This document shows positions 50,001 through 63,592 of a DNA stretch of 64,000 nt, in pieces; the stretch's first letter is position 1; each line of letters begins with the position of its first letter. Origin of the DNA: Tubulanus polymorphus (lineage: Eukaryota; Animalia; Nemertea); contig NC_134027.1 in assembly GCF_964204645.1 (NCBI RefSeq), positions 1,334,485 through 1,398,484 of the forward strand. The letters run 5' to 3'. The notes beneath the pieces were generated by a model. That model did not search any database and was not told where the DNA came from. It worked only from the letters and a program-made list of their open reading frames with translations. A program made the translations under genes and the position numbers.

Positions 50001-52108
50001 CTGAAAATAGAGAAAAATACAAAAATTTATTTATAAATGACCGCCCTTTATTTTCTCAAAACTACAAGTTAAGATTGATCGGAGGTGTTTATAAAAAAGA
50101 GACGTTTTCAATATGGATTCGGAGGCTGCAACAGATGCCCAATTCTCTTATGTTACGAGTTTATTCCAAAGCTCTTTGATTAGACGACCTTCTTCCAAAA
50201 AAAACAAATTACTCTAACGCTCCCTGCGGAATCTAGAATGCCAGGGGACACTCTATTCGTGTTTCTATTTTGGGTTTAATTCAAAATTCTGCTGATTCTG
50301 TCGTGTAGTACACGATGTAAGACACACGAATGGCGACTGCGTCTAAAGCTTGTATTCAGACCCTGATCGCGTTCTCTATACGCCAACTGACAGAGATTCT
50401 AATCTCATTAAAATTATACCCGCGACGCGTAAAAGTTCAAAGTGTCAAATTGTCGTTTGGTGTTCGGATCAAAAACACGACAGGCGTCTTGTGGCTTGAC
50501 ACTTCGCGCATTTAAAATGGCGTCGATGACAAGCGATCTATATCCGGGTCTAAAGATTATTGGTGTTGACAGCATCGCTCAACAAATTGCATCGCGTTCA
50601 GACCTTGGTTTCGGAGTATATACAATATACGGTGATTGTCGATGATTGGGCGGGCAGTAAAACGAGGGCCGGGTCCAGATAGGATCACAGGGAGCACGTC
50701 CTCTCATCGCAATGTTCCCAGAAAAACAACGGCAATTTCTTCGGGGCAATTTTTCCGTTGTAACGAGTAGCGCAGCTGCGCTAGATTAAGCTTATGTCAC
50801 AAGTGTTTGGTAATTGCGGTCGTATCAAAAATGTCTACTTAAGTCTCAGCGAACCCAACGTTAGTACATGTACTAAAGATAAGACCAGGCAATGTTCAAT
50901 GATAATACCTAAAGATGTGTCGTCTCGTTACTCACAGAAGGCCATTCGTTTGTCCTAATGAGAAGGTCATCATTCGATATATGTCTCCTATCGCACAGAG
51001 ATGAATGAAATGATGAGATCGGTGATTAGTGATCATCTCCGCGTAAGATATTATTATTTCTATGTGTGCGTTAAATCCATGTAATTACAGCGACGTGTGA
51101 GGAGTAACGTACAATGAATATACACGCGAGTCGAGAGCCGCGTGTCGAATAAGAATAGTTAACGGAAATAATCCTGACCGAATCAACGTCGATCCCTCAT
51201 CAACTCAACCGGGAGCTGAATTTGTCAGAACGATGGATAAATGTAATCAGGTTTTGATGATGTGTTTAGCTGTGAGGAAGATTTCCACGTCATCTGTTTT
51301 CATCCATGTCTGAAGATGTTCGCTAAACGAGGCAGATCCCCGTCCGTCCGTCTGCCTGTCTGTCTGTCTGTCCGTCTGCCTGTCTGTCTGTCTGTCCCTG
51401 CTCTGTGCATGTATTGACTGGAAACTCTCTCTCCCTGGTCTACCTTACCGCGCGGGTACCTTCAGAAAATGGCTGCCTCTATGAAACCCTCTTTGACGTC
51501 ACCACTTCTCTACCCTGTAGTCTAACATATACCGGTACATTACAGAAACATGGACCTGTCTCCATGAAAACCCTTATGACATCATCATCTCTGCCCCAAA
51601 AGTAACACGAAGACCCTTATATACACGAACTGGAACTGGATACTAGGTTTTAGTCAATTCTGGTCCCTAAACCTACAATACGTCATCCCTCCACCTAGAT
51701 ATCAGAGCTGGCTTTTTTCAAAAGATCTAAACGTTATGCAATTGTAATTCCATGATGTCACAGGGGGATAATAAGGAGGCATCTCCATCTATTTACTGAC
51801 TGAAGAAGTGGAGGTTTCCTTGAACCCAAATCTATTTCAGTATTTGAAGAACAAGAAACATGTTTGGAATTGTAATTCAGTTAAGGCTAACATTCGCTAA
51901 CTGTATAGTAAACTGTCTGTAACGTGCTACTATTTCACTTTTATCTCAGATGTGTTTGAGTTGTTTACATAACGTTTCTTAATGGGTTACTTTTTCATCT
52001 CATGATTGATAAACATTTCGTTAAAAAGGAACAAGAACTTAGATTTTTAAGTTATTGAAGATGAATATCAGACCGTGGAGCTGTACCCGCTTCAGCCGTG
52101 CCCAAGCC

Positions 52109-52247
52109 GTTTCCATGGCCCGGCTGTGTCCATTGCCCGATTGTGTCCATGGCCCGGTTGTGTCCATGGCCCAGTTTTGTCCATGGCCCGGCTGTGACCA
52201 TTGCCCGATTGTGTCCATGGCCCGGCTGTGTCCATGGCCCAGTTGTG
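52109..52247. repeat. Minisatellite, ~17-bp unit, ~8 copies
   Basis: Variants of gtgtccatggcccggct. Confidence 0.85.
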
Positions 52248-53114
52248 TGCCTGGGGTCAAATTGCACAATGACTCAAGGGACAAAGTGTGTCAAATCTTA
52301 GGTAAAGTTTTTAGTTGTTAGATTGGCTATAGAACTAAGGATGGTCTCAGAATGGACTTAAGCCTAAGCCATGATGTGCAATGGCCCGGCTGGGTTTTGT
52401 TTTTATATATTCATGAACTAGTTTTTACCCGGTGGTGATATCTGAATCTACGTGAGAGATACGATCTCAAAATCATGCCCTGCAGCATCAGAGACAATTC
52501 GGCCTCTATTTGACGACGACAGGAAATTGCTCGAGGATCGTTTTTAGATTAACTATGAGAATATTATTGAAAATCATCCCTTGAAATGAAAGTTGATTTG
52601 CAAATTTTCATAAAAGAGTCGCGTATATCCGTCGTTATACGACCGGAGGGCGAGTGGGGAAATCTTCCGAGTGAGAACGTGGTGAAATCTTATTACCACG
52701 TCACACGCCAGTAGAACGGGCGGTGGCGTATTGCCTCGAGTCATATGGCGTATATGAATGTATATATATATTATCAATCTTTACTCATCGTATTGGATGC
52801 CCGCGGATACCGGGGATAGTTATCTCAGCTGAATGCTATACCCGAGTTCGTTGCTTGTTCGCTAGGAAAATTACACCGATATCATCGTGCATTTTGTAGA
52901 GCAGCCAATCGTACCGTACTTTTTCTCTCTTGACCTTGGAGGTTTCTCTACTTATCCTCACGATTTATAAGTGACGTCAATAAGACCTTTTTCTTTTCTC
53001 GATGAACAACAAAAATCGCTAAGTTTATATTTTATTGTCCAAACGAAAATCGCCCTAAAATCCTATTTTAAAACAAGCACCAAACTGCATGTTTCTAGAA
53101 GTGTGTTGAATTGC

Positions 53115-53290
53115 GGCAGAGATGGTGACGTCATAGGGGTTTTCATGGAGGCAGCCATGTTTACAGATGGACCTCTGCGTTGAACTAGGGCTGCAGAGAT
53201 GGTGACGTCATAGGGATTTTCATGGAGGCAGCCATGTTTCCAGAAGGGCCCCTGCGTTGAACTAGGGCTGCAGAGATTGTGATGTCCTTG
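53115..53290. repeat. ~76-bp tandem unit containing TGACGTCA; dispersed inverted relatives at ~51465-51600
   Basis: gcagagatggtgacgtcatagggg/attttcatggaggcagccatgttt repeats about 2.3 times. Confidence 0.7.
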
Positions 53291-54110
53291 AAAAAGCTGA
53301 TGAAATAGCGACGTCGCGATGGTAAATCAAATTAAGAGGCGTCGATTTTTACATTAATTTAATTAGCGAGAATTTCCTTGTTTTCGCTGGGAACATGGTT
53401 TCAGCAGCTAATGGTGCATTATTCGTTCCGAACGCATTCGATGATTGTTTAAATATTTACAAGAACGACATGTTTTGTCATTAGTTTGTAGTCGTCATGC
53501 GTGCAGGGATGGTTGCTCTGCTGGCGCTGTGAGAAATCTACTATCACCATCTTCAACTGACCGAATTGAGGGTTCCCGAGGAACGGGGATCATGGTGAGG
53601 TGCATCTTCACCCGATCGAATTGAGGGTTCCCGAGGATCATTAATCTATCCAGCCGATTTCGGGTTCCCGTGGATCGTGATTCTCGGTGATGGGTGAAGA
53701 GCGTGGCTTCCTATTAAACACGACCAAATGCAGTTTCTGAGAAACCATTTTCCAAATGGTGTCTCATATACCCTATAGCTGAATTACACGTTACGCGACA
53801 GTACCAGTGAGCAGACGATCAGATCGTTGACTATAAAGCGGATTATAAAATCAATTTGTTTTATTATTGAGATCCGGTTTACGAATCAGTAGAATAATCA
53901 ATCAATTACCGAAGCGATTCTCTGTTCGATCGATATCACAGATAATCAATGTATGTGTACCAGGATCACTTTAAGATTGTCCAGGATTGTCATAGATATT
54001 CATAGTTAAAAGTCCTGTTGTAAATCGGAAGGCAGTAAAATTGTCGATGAATCTAGAGATATATGAGTCAATTAATATGTTATCAACTCAGTAGAATTTT
54101 GTCTCGAAAA

Positions 54111-54900
54111 GAGACAGAGTCTACTGTATTTCACAAACTCTTACTCAGTATTTGACACCAACTCGGGGTAGAATTTGACCAGTCTCGACTTCACCGCAGT
54201 AAGAGACAGAGTCTACTGTATTTCACAAACTCTTACTCAGTATTTGACACCAACTTGGGGTAGAATTTGACCAGTCTCGACTTCACCGCAGTAAGAGACA
54301 GAGTCTACTGTATTTCACAAACTCTTACTCAGTATTTGACACCAACTTGGGGTAGAGTTTTACCAGTCTCGACTTCACCGCAGTAAGAGACTGAGTCTAC
54401 TGTATTTCACAAACTCTAACTCAGTATTTGACACCAACTCGGGGTAGAATTTTACCGGTCTCGACTTTACCGCAGTAAGAGACAGAGTATACTGTATTTC
54501 ACAAACTCTTACTCAGTATTTGACACCAACTCGGGGTAGAATTTTAGCGGTCTGAACTTAACCGCAGTAAGAGACAGAGTCTACTGTATTTCACAAACTC
54601 AAACTCAGTATTTGACACAAACTCGGGGTAGAATTTGACCAGTCTCGACTTCACCGCAGTAAGAGACAGAGTCTACTGGATTTCACAAACTCTAACTCAG
54701 TATTTGACACCACCAACTCGGGGTAGAATTTTAGCGGACTCAACTTAACCGCAGTATCACAAACGCTTACTCAGTATTTGACACCAACTCAGAGTAGAGT
54801 TTTACCAGTCTCAACTTAACCGCAGTAGGAGACAGAGTCTACTGTATTTCACAAACGCTTACTCAGTATTTGACACCAACTCAGAGTTTTACCAGTCTCA
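54111..54900. repeat. Minisatellite, 92-bp unit, ~8 copies
   Basis: Unit gagacagagtctactgtatttcacaaactcttactcagtatttgacaccaactcggggtagaatttgaccagtctcgacttcaccgcagtaa. Confidence 0.95.
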
Positions 54901-54961
54901 ACTTCTCAACCCCAGTGAGAGTCTATATAACGCACCATAGCTCTTTATTTGGCTCCCACGG

Positions 54962-55130
54962 CCCTCTCTCTCTCCCTCTCTCTCCTTCACTCCCTCTCTC
55001 TCTCCCTCTCTCCTTCACTCTCTCTCTCCCTCTTTCTCTCTCTCTCCTTCACTCTCTCTCTCTCCCTCTTTCCCTCTCTCCCCTATTTCTCATTATTCCT
55101 CCTTCGTCCTCTCCTCGTCCTCTCTCCTCT
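54962..55130. repeat. Imperfect (CT)n tract
   Basis: Polypyrimidine ctctctccctctc array. Confidence 0.9.
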
Positions 55131-56409
55131 CGTCCATATCAACAGATCAATCGATCAGACTATACGAAAGGTTATTAAATATAGATTTGCTGGATCGGGT
55201 TTTGTATTGTAATTTTCTGGCCTGGTTCTTATTAGATTGACAGATAGGAAATTGTCGAGATGAATCGTTGTAAGAACTGTCGATATCTAGTACGAACAGT
55301 GTGAACAGCGTGCTTACATCTCATCATCTCGTGGTCATCACAGCCAGCACTCCTAGCGTACAGGATACCACGCATCAGCACAGAAAGGTCACCGGGATCG
55401 CCTTGATCGGAAGGCCTTGATACCATAGGTCAGATGAGTATGCATAGGATTTAAGAACGGGAACAACTGAACAGTGCCACCGGAAAAAGTGAACTGTTGT
55501 GGTCGCGAAGAATTTAGGTTCGTGGTTAAGGGAACAAGAAAATTGGTTTAATTTGGATCTGGCTGCTATGACAGGAGATGACTGTATTTAATTTAATCTT
55601 TAACCATGAATATTTTCCGCACGTCTCGTGATCTGTCGATTGATGGATGGAAACCTCGCGACGGTCACGTCATCTGCACTTTCTGGTTTGTTTAAATATT
55701 TGCTTTATATAGAGTGACGACGACAGCTCCCCTTCTCCCCCCTCCCCCGCCCTCACTCCCCGCTGAATACGTGAGGATGTGCTGATAAGAACTCATTGAA
55801 AAAAACTCGACAGAAATGCCATAAAGACGCCACCAGTGACGACGAGCTTTCTTCTTCATTGTACGCGTTGGTGAATTATTAACGATTTTGAATGACTTGC
55901 TAATACGTTACCAAATAAGAAATATTCTGCTGATGAGAAATATGTGGATTCGGTTCCACAGTTCTCAGTCATGGAATAAGTTCATTTTCAATGCTTTAAC
56001 TTAAATTCTGACTGAAAATGTTTTCGGACTAAATGACAGAGACTAATACAGTCAAACAGTGATTGAGGATCCAGTTCCATAGAGTTAGATTCAGTTCGTT
56101 TCCGATGTTTCAATCCTAAAGAGAATGGTGAGAGTTGAGTGAGTGTTTCAGTCGGTCAACCCTCAAACAGTCCAAGCTAATTTACAATGCCAATAATTGC
56201 GAGGTTTACTATTCCCGAGGACATTACGCAATCGCTGTCAGTTAATGAATATATCTAATTAGATCTAGATTAATTAACATCATTGATGCTGTATTCATTG
56301 AACGATGTCGTGTTCATGTTCAAGCAAGTGACACGTGAAACTCCAACCACGGAGGATTAGATCGAACAGAATTAATAGTAATCATGTTGTTTTGTTTTAT
56401 CTCGGTTTT

Positions 56410-56550
56410 GCAGCCCTGGGTTGTAGTTCATTTAACCTCACGACGGGACCACGGCCTTTGAAGTTGCGAGCAGCCGACAGGACTCGAACTCAGCGCTGAT
56501 AATGAATGCAACAGCGTCACGAGTTATCCTACTGAAAGCTACTGAGGCCG
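56410..56550 (-). mobile_element. tRNA-derived SINE fragment
   Basis: The minus strand begins ggcctcagtagctttcagtagg (A-box-like) and has a B box gagttcgagtcc, but does not fold into a full cloverleaf. It is followed by ggccgtggtcccgt, resembling a MetaSINE-type central motif (recalled, unverified). Confidence 0.45.
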
Positions 56551-57179
56551 CTTTGTTGCCTTCTTAGCAAATATCACGATGGACTTCAGAAGGAAATTAC
56601 ACCCGAAACCTAGGAGCCAGCCAATTGCGCGTACAAGGTTTAGATTGAACACCAGTCTAAGCCCATGGTTTTATAGGCAATCTAACATCGTAAAATCGAT
56701 CTAATGATTCAAGACCACTCAATGATAACAGTGATGACTGTAAAACTGACTACTGCATCGTCGTGACTTCAGTCAGATCATAAAAATTAAATCATCTCAG
56801 GCTGTTGGGATATAAAACCGAAATGGTCTGGCTGAAACTGAACCCTGGATTTGAGTCCGGGGCTGCGAGAAATCGAATCTATTTTTCTCTATTAATCTCG
56901 ATTAAAAAGAGGAACACGGCGATTAATAATTCACTGGAGCGAAACTTTCTGCGCATTTCATCAAATATTGAAACCTGAGAAGACAAACTCGTGCGCCGAT
57001 CTCATAGCAGATGCCTTATTTCATTTACAGGGGGCCCTTCATCTGGTAAAAGTCACTAAATCATTTAAAAAACACGCAAAAATGTGTCTATAAACTGCGT
57101 ATAGAGTCGGCGGCATGTCTACAACAACAACCCCGGATTTGCTTCGGAAAACAGTCAGCAAAAACCATAAAACATTGTT

Positions 57180-57980
57180 ATGTCATATTGCAGCAAATAT
57201 CCATATACAACATATACTGATAGAAGATATGAATTTAAGATCCCTGTGGAATGGGTTTTATTTATCCGGATAAACATCGTAATATTTCAAAGTGGTCCAG
57301 GGTCCGCGTCGGTTGACTTAGATTTAGTGCATCGCAAACTCTATAGACAAAAATCCAACCCGACAATATTATTATTGTGGAACTGTCCAGGGCCCCAGAG
57401 TTCCAAATGGCTTCAAGTCTGTTCGTCAAAATGTTCCGACATCTGGGTCACATTTTATCCGCAAACTTTGGAATTTGCCTCCGGGATCCATGAAGATCTT
57501 TCTGCTGAATACTATTTCTACATGACTATGCGTTCTAAAACGAAGAGTCGGAGGACAAAGTTGATAATCTACATGCATGACAGACCCTCGAAGTTTGTAA
57601 ATCCCCTGATAATATTTTGTTGTTACGTATACAGAGAGTCTCCAACACTGACGGACAAACAAACATATGACATCACATGCATGGCCTCTGTATATACGGC
57701 TTCGAGTTAGCTTCATTTTGTCTCTTACACTGATTGGCAAACAAACTGTGACGTCACGTGTAAGATCTCTATAGTTGTGGGCTAGGGAATCAAATTCGAC
57801 GGTCATATCTTTGGTTTATTTAATCTCAGATAACGTTTTAGACAGAAACCTTTGATTTAGTCTTATGAGAAACTGAGGCTGGATTGTGTTATTTGTTCTG
57901 TCATTGAGCGCTGTATGGGAGTATGATATCAGTGGGCGTTCATCTCGAGTCCGGTTGCCGTATACTGAAAGGTTAAACTA
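57180..57980 (+). pseudogene. Possible decayed tyrosine-recombinase (Crypton/DUF3504-like) fragment
   Basis: Motifs appear in the expected order across broken frames: EYYFYMTMRSKTK, VNPLIIFCCYV, IGKQTVTSRVRSL and ISGRSSRVRLPY (cf. SGHxSxxxLxxY). Stops and frameshifts are present. Confidence 0.35.
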
Positions 57981-58874
57981 ATCCTTTACACTTTCCTTCG
58001 CCGACTTCGAGTACACGAGTACACGTGGCTCTCGGGTTCTCCGTTTACTGTGTTCTGCCTTTTTGTCGTTTTCGGGATTTTAAACTGCGTAAAATACGTA
58101 TCATATATACGCTCACAAATTAGAGACAATTTTTCTTTTTTGTGGGATATTATCTCGTTTCTAGGGCTGCTTTCTTGTATGAGCTAACTGTTGCTTCAAA
58201 GCAGTGCTTCATTTGATATTATTGTATTTGCTTATTAATTAATTCTGTAAAAATTTCATTTGAAAATAAATCATATCATATCATTATATTATCATAGTAT
58301 TATACCATCGTTACGGCACCGACTCGGAGTGTTTCTTTCCGATTGCGGAGAATGTGAGCGGGAAGAACCAATTACTGGTAGGCAATGTGATGATGTCAGA
58401 GGAAATTCTGGAGCGAACAACTGTTTTGAATGGTTTATATGCTTCCAGAAATTCGAGTTATTGTCAGTATTCATTTGTATACGATGATATAATAGTAATG
58501 TTTCAGGTCTTAGCGCGGCAAACATGCCAAAACAATGCACTAATGGCTTCCATTAACGGCGCATTACTAGAATCCATTAACAAGCAAGAATGTTTCTATA
58601 TTAATGTGTCAGAAAACAGATAAACATTTTTGCGAATCAAAAATATCATCCTAATAATCTTCCCGTGGCGGTTTTAGTTGTTTTCGACGATCATGCTAAA
58701 TCCAGATAACGTTTCATTGCTATTAATTTATCTATTCATGTATCATTTATATTTTGCCATTTGATTGCTGAAAATCCGAATATTGAACAATTTCATGAAT
58801 ACTGGATACAAGATTTCACAAACAGAGCGTAATAGTTTTCATCTTTGTGAGATTCTCACGTAACTTAATGTCAG

Positions 58875-59030
<156 letters not shown>

Positions 59031-60161
59031 GTGTTGTTTTTTGATCCTGTATAAACCCCCAGCGACGATTACGGCTCATGTCGATAAAAGACGGTTGTCG
59101 ATGATACGGATGAAGAAAAAGATGGATACATCGTTCTGTAGGTTGTATTTTTGTAGATGTATCTACGGCGAGCAGCAGCAGCAGCAGCAGCAGCGGCGGC
59201 GGTGGCAGGTGTGTGGGTATAAGCCCCGAACAACAGAAAAAAAAACAGAAACAGAATCAGTCGAAACGAAACTGCGCGTGTTTTCCCGATGTGAGAGTCA
59301 TGTTCTACATGTGATATACAAGTATTTATCTTTGCAGGTGAAAGAGCTCTTACATTTCATATACATATGAATAATATCCTCTGAACGATAGAAATGTGGA
59401 TTTTTTTTGTATTTGACTCTGAACCCAGTTCGTTCCACAGTTGTGCGGGGTATAGTTTGACTACCGGTCCAGTTCCACAGCTGTGTGGGTTTCATTTGAC
59501 CCATAACTCACTCCCAAAGTTGGGCGCTAATTTCTATTTCGAAGACTGCCCTTGGGCATGGTTCTTATCCTGACTCGAATTCCTTGTTACGTAGTTACCA
59601 AAATGATTTATCAACGAGTCAGAATTAGTTTCGTTTTGCTAATACATGGTCACGATATTATTACCGGTATCTTGTTGCAGATTGTGTTGATATAAATCAA
59701 GCTTGTTGATTAGTTACGAGTCATGTTACCTCGTCGTGTCCGTCGTACACGCGGCGTGATTTAATTACAAGCTTTTATCAGAGTTTATTCCGCGTCGGGT
59801 ACGGCATGCTCACTTTCCTATCCGCAGTCCGTGTCGTCCTTATATGCCTTAAAGTTATGATGGCCATCTCACTAAATACGGACAGACGTAAGACTATCTC
59901 TATATGTGGTGAAATTAATGAGATTTGTCGATATTGCTGGAAGCTTCTGTAATGGTTAATAACCCGGTTCAAAATCAAAGCCTTAACCTAGGGACGCATT
60001 CCCTCCTTGGGCTTACATCGATTAGCTCGTAACTGTTTCATAAACTCAGGAAGGAATTCTAGCTAGAAGTTCCAAACAATTTAGACTTCGAAACCAAGAC
60101 CTGCAGACATGATTACCAAAAATATTATGTTAAACGCCTTGATTCCATTTCAAAAAATAAA

Positions 60162-61477
60162 TGGTCTGTACCCGGAGTGTGTCTGCTGGTCTGTACCCGG
60201 AGTGTGTCTGCTGGTCTGTATCCGGAGTGTGTCTGCTGGTCTGTACCCGGAGTGTGTCTGCTGGTCTGTACCCGGAGTGTGTCTGCTGGTCTGTACCCGG
60301 AGTGTGTCTGCTGGTCTGTATCCGGAGTGTGTCTGCTGGTCTGTATCCGGAGTGTGTGTGTCTGCTGGGCTGTATCCGGAGTGTGTGTGTCTGCTGGTCT
60401 GTATCCGGAGTGTGTCTGCTGGTCTGTAGCCGGAGTGTGTCTGCTGGTCTGTATCCGGAGTGTGTCTGCTGGTCTGTATCCGGAGTGTGTCTGCTGGTCT
60501 GTACCCGGAGTGTGTCTGCTGGTCTGTAGCCGGAGTGTGTCTGCTGGTCTGTATCCGGAGTGTGTCTGCTGGTCTGTATCCGGAGTGTGTGTGTCTGCTG
60601 GTCTGTATCCGGAGTGTGTCTGCTGGTCTGTATCCGGAGTGTGTCTGCTGGTCTGTACCCGGAGTGTGTCTGCTGGTCTGTACCCGGAGTGTGTCTGCTG
60701 GTCTGTATCCGGAGTGTGTCTGCTGGTCTGTACCCGGTGTGTGTGTCTGCTGGTCTGTATCCGGAGTGTGTCTGCTGGTCTGTACCCGGAGTGTGTCTGC
60801 TGGTCTGTACCCGGAGTGTGTCTGCTGGTCTGTATCCGGAGTGTGTCTGCTGGTCTGTATCCGGAGTGTGTGTGTCTGCTGGGCTGTATCCGGAGTGTGT
60901 GTGTCTGCTGGTCTGTATCCGGAGTGTGTCTGCTGGTCTGTAGCCGGAGTGTGTCTGCTGGTCTGTATCCGGAGTGTGTCTGCTGGTCTGTATCCGGAGT
61001 GTGTCTGCTGGTCTGTACCCGGAGTGTGTCTGCTGGTCTGTAGCCGGAGTGTGTCTGCTGGTCTGTATCCGGAGTGTGTCTGCTGGTCTGTATCCGGAGT
61101 GTGTGTGTCTGCTGGTCTGTATCCGGAGTGTGTCTGCTGGTCTGTATCCGGAGTGTGTCTGCTGGTCTGTACCCGGAGTGTGTCTGCTGGTCTGTACCCG
61201 GAGTGTGTCTGCTGGTCTGTATCCGGAGTGTGTCTGCTGGTCTGTACCCGGTGTGTGTGTCTGCTGGTCTGTATCCGGAGTGTGTCTGCTGGTCTGTACC
61301 CGGAGTGTGTCTGCTGGTCTGTACCCGGAGTGTGTCTGCTGGTCTGTATCCGGAGTGTGTCTGCTGGTCTGTACCCGGAGTGTGTCTGCTGGTCTGTACC
61401 CGGAGTGTGTCTGCTGGTCTGTACCCGGAGTGTGTCTGCTGGTCTGCACCCGGTGTGTGTGTGTGTGTCTGCTGGTC
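60162..61477. repeat. Minisatellite, 25-bp unit, ~50 copies, with a 514-bp higher-order duplication
   Basis: Unit ggtctgta(c/t/g)ccggagtgtgtctgct. The variant pattern repeats at offset 514 (identical ORF starts at 60460/60974 and 60560/61074). Confidence 0.95.
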
Positions 61478-61763
61478 ACGGAATCGCGTCGGTACGTAAC
61501 TACTACAATTCGATTGGGGAAAAACGAAATCGTGATTTCGCATGCGAAGCGACACTTAAAATCCAATCTGAAAGGCTTCGTTTACTTTCCCTTGAATTGT
61601 GAGATATCGTATCGCAATCAGGCAGGTGCGCGTATAGTGCCGTTTCAAGGAAACCGTCAGCTAGTTTCACATACCTTCAACATTCTGGCATGACGTTGGT
61701 TTCCATATATACAAGTGACTGTAATTCAATTAAAGAAATTATGAATAATAAACTAAGAAAGTT

Positions 61764-62760
61764 GTGAAGTTGAGACTCAATTCTATGTGGCATTTTCAAA
61801 ACTAAGAGAGTGGTGACGTTGAGATTCAATTCTATGAGACATTTTCAAAACTAAGAGAGCAGTGAAGTTGAGACTCAATTCTATGAGGCATTTTCAAAAC
61901 TAAGAGAGTAGTGAAGTTGAGACTCAATTCTATGAGACATTTTCAGAAACTAAGAGAGTAATGACGTTTAGACTCAATTCTATGAGACATTTTCAAAACT
62001 AAGAGAGTAGTGAAGTTGAGACTCAATTCTATGAGACATTTTCAAAACTAAGAGAGCAGTGAAATTGAGACTCAATTCTATGAGACATTTTCAAAACTAA
62101 GAGAGCAGTGAAGTTGAGACTCAATTCTATGAGACATTTTCAAAACTAAGAGAGCAGTGAAGTTGAGACTCAATTCTATGAGACATTTTCAGAAACTAAG
62201 AGAGTAATGACGTTTAGACTCAATTCTATGAGACATTTTCAAAACTAAGAGAGTAGTGAAGTTGAGACTCAATTCTATGAGACATTTTCAAAACTAAGAG
62301 AGCAGTGAAGTTGAGACTCAATTCTATGAGACATTTTCAGAAACTAAGAGAGTAATGACGTTTAGACTCAATTCTATGAGACATTTTCAAAACTAAGAGA
62401 GTAGTGAAGTTGAGACTCAATTCTATGAGACATTTTCAAAACTAAGAGAGCAGTGAAATTGAGACTCAATTCTATGAGACATTTTCAAAACTAAGAGAGC
62501 AGTGAAGTTGAGACTCAATTCTATGAGACATTTTCAAAACTAAGAGAGCAGTGAAGTTGAGACTCAATTCTATGAGACATTTTCAGAAACTAAGAGAGTA
62601 ATGACGTTTAGACTCAATTCTATGAGACATTTTCAAAACTAAGAGAGTAGTGAAGTTGAGACTCAATTCTATGAGACATTTTCAAAACTAAGAGAGCAGT
62701 GAAGTTGAGACTCAATTCTATTAGGCATTTTCAAAACTAAGAGAGTGGTGACGTTGAGAC
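61764..62760. repeat. Minisatellite, 49-50-bp unit, ~20 copies
   Basis: Unit gtgaagttgagactcaattctatgagacattttcaaaactaagagag(c/t)a, with a recurring atgacgtttag/cagaaac variant. Confidence 0.95.
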
Positions 62761-63518
62761 TTTACTTTTGGAAATAGCTCATAGAATTGAGCCAAAACGT
62801 CACTTCAAAACTACGTATTAAAAAAAAACGGTCGAGAAACAAAATTGTGTCTATCATAGTCTTTCTGCAAACGCCACGAACTAATTTCAACGTTCGACTA
62901 GAATTCTGAAGAAACTTGAATATGATTTTGAAGATTGCGATAATTTTCATCTATTCAGCGACGTCAATTTTTGGTTTGAATTCTCTTGTGTGATCAGCTA
63001 GCGCATAATCTAAACCGTACGATGAAAGGGAGACGGAAAATTGTCTTCTTCGCCAAACGACTTTCATCTGGCACACTTGCCGCAGTAAGCTCGATCGTTG
63101 ATCTACCCCGAGGGCCAGCTGATAGGATTTCGTTACCGGTTGCTTGCGCGATAACCGAGATCAATTTCGACAAAAGGAAAGGAAATGCGGCAATTATTGC
63201 AGCTGTAGTTCTCGGTATCGTCTGGAGTAAAGAGCGACAGTAGAGACACTGGTTGCCTGTCGAATTCTGAGTCTAGACTGGTTGCCTGTCTAATCACGTA
63301 AATGCTATGTTGTACGTAAATCTGCACGGTTCCACCTCGCGCAACTAAACCACCTCGCCAGATTGGAGGCATCCGGCCGTCTCCGGACTTGTAATACAGT
63401 TCGTCCATAGAGGATTCTAAGTGTCGCTAGTGTGCAGTAGGCCATCGACTACTCTGCCGGCAATTCTACACGTGGTAATTGAGGATCCACAAGGGGCGCT
63501 AGTTCGGAAGAAGTAACT

Positions 63519-63592
63519 GGCCGGTTAGCTCAGTCGGTTAGAGCGTCGTGCTAATAACGCGAATGTCGTGGGTTCGACCCCCACACTGGCCA
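63519..63592 (+). tRNA. tRNA-Ile (anticodon AAT)
   Basis: ggccggttagctcagtcggttagagcgtcgtgctAATaacgcgaatgtcgtgggttcgacccccacactggcca folds into a cloverleaf with A and B boxes and is followed by a T4 Pol III terminator. Confidence 0.95.

Noticed and set aside
60109-61693. Cys-rich or His/Thr-rich long ORFs on both strands
   Set aside because: They are artefacts of the 25-bp minisatellite, with the same peptide cycling in all frames.
62986-63408. 85/91-aa ORFs upstream of the tRNA
   Set aside because: No recognisable homology or splice context, so they cannot be supported.
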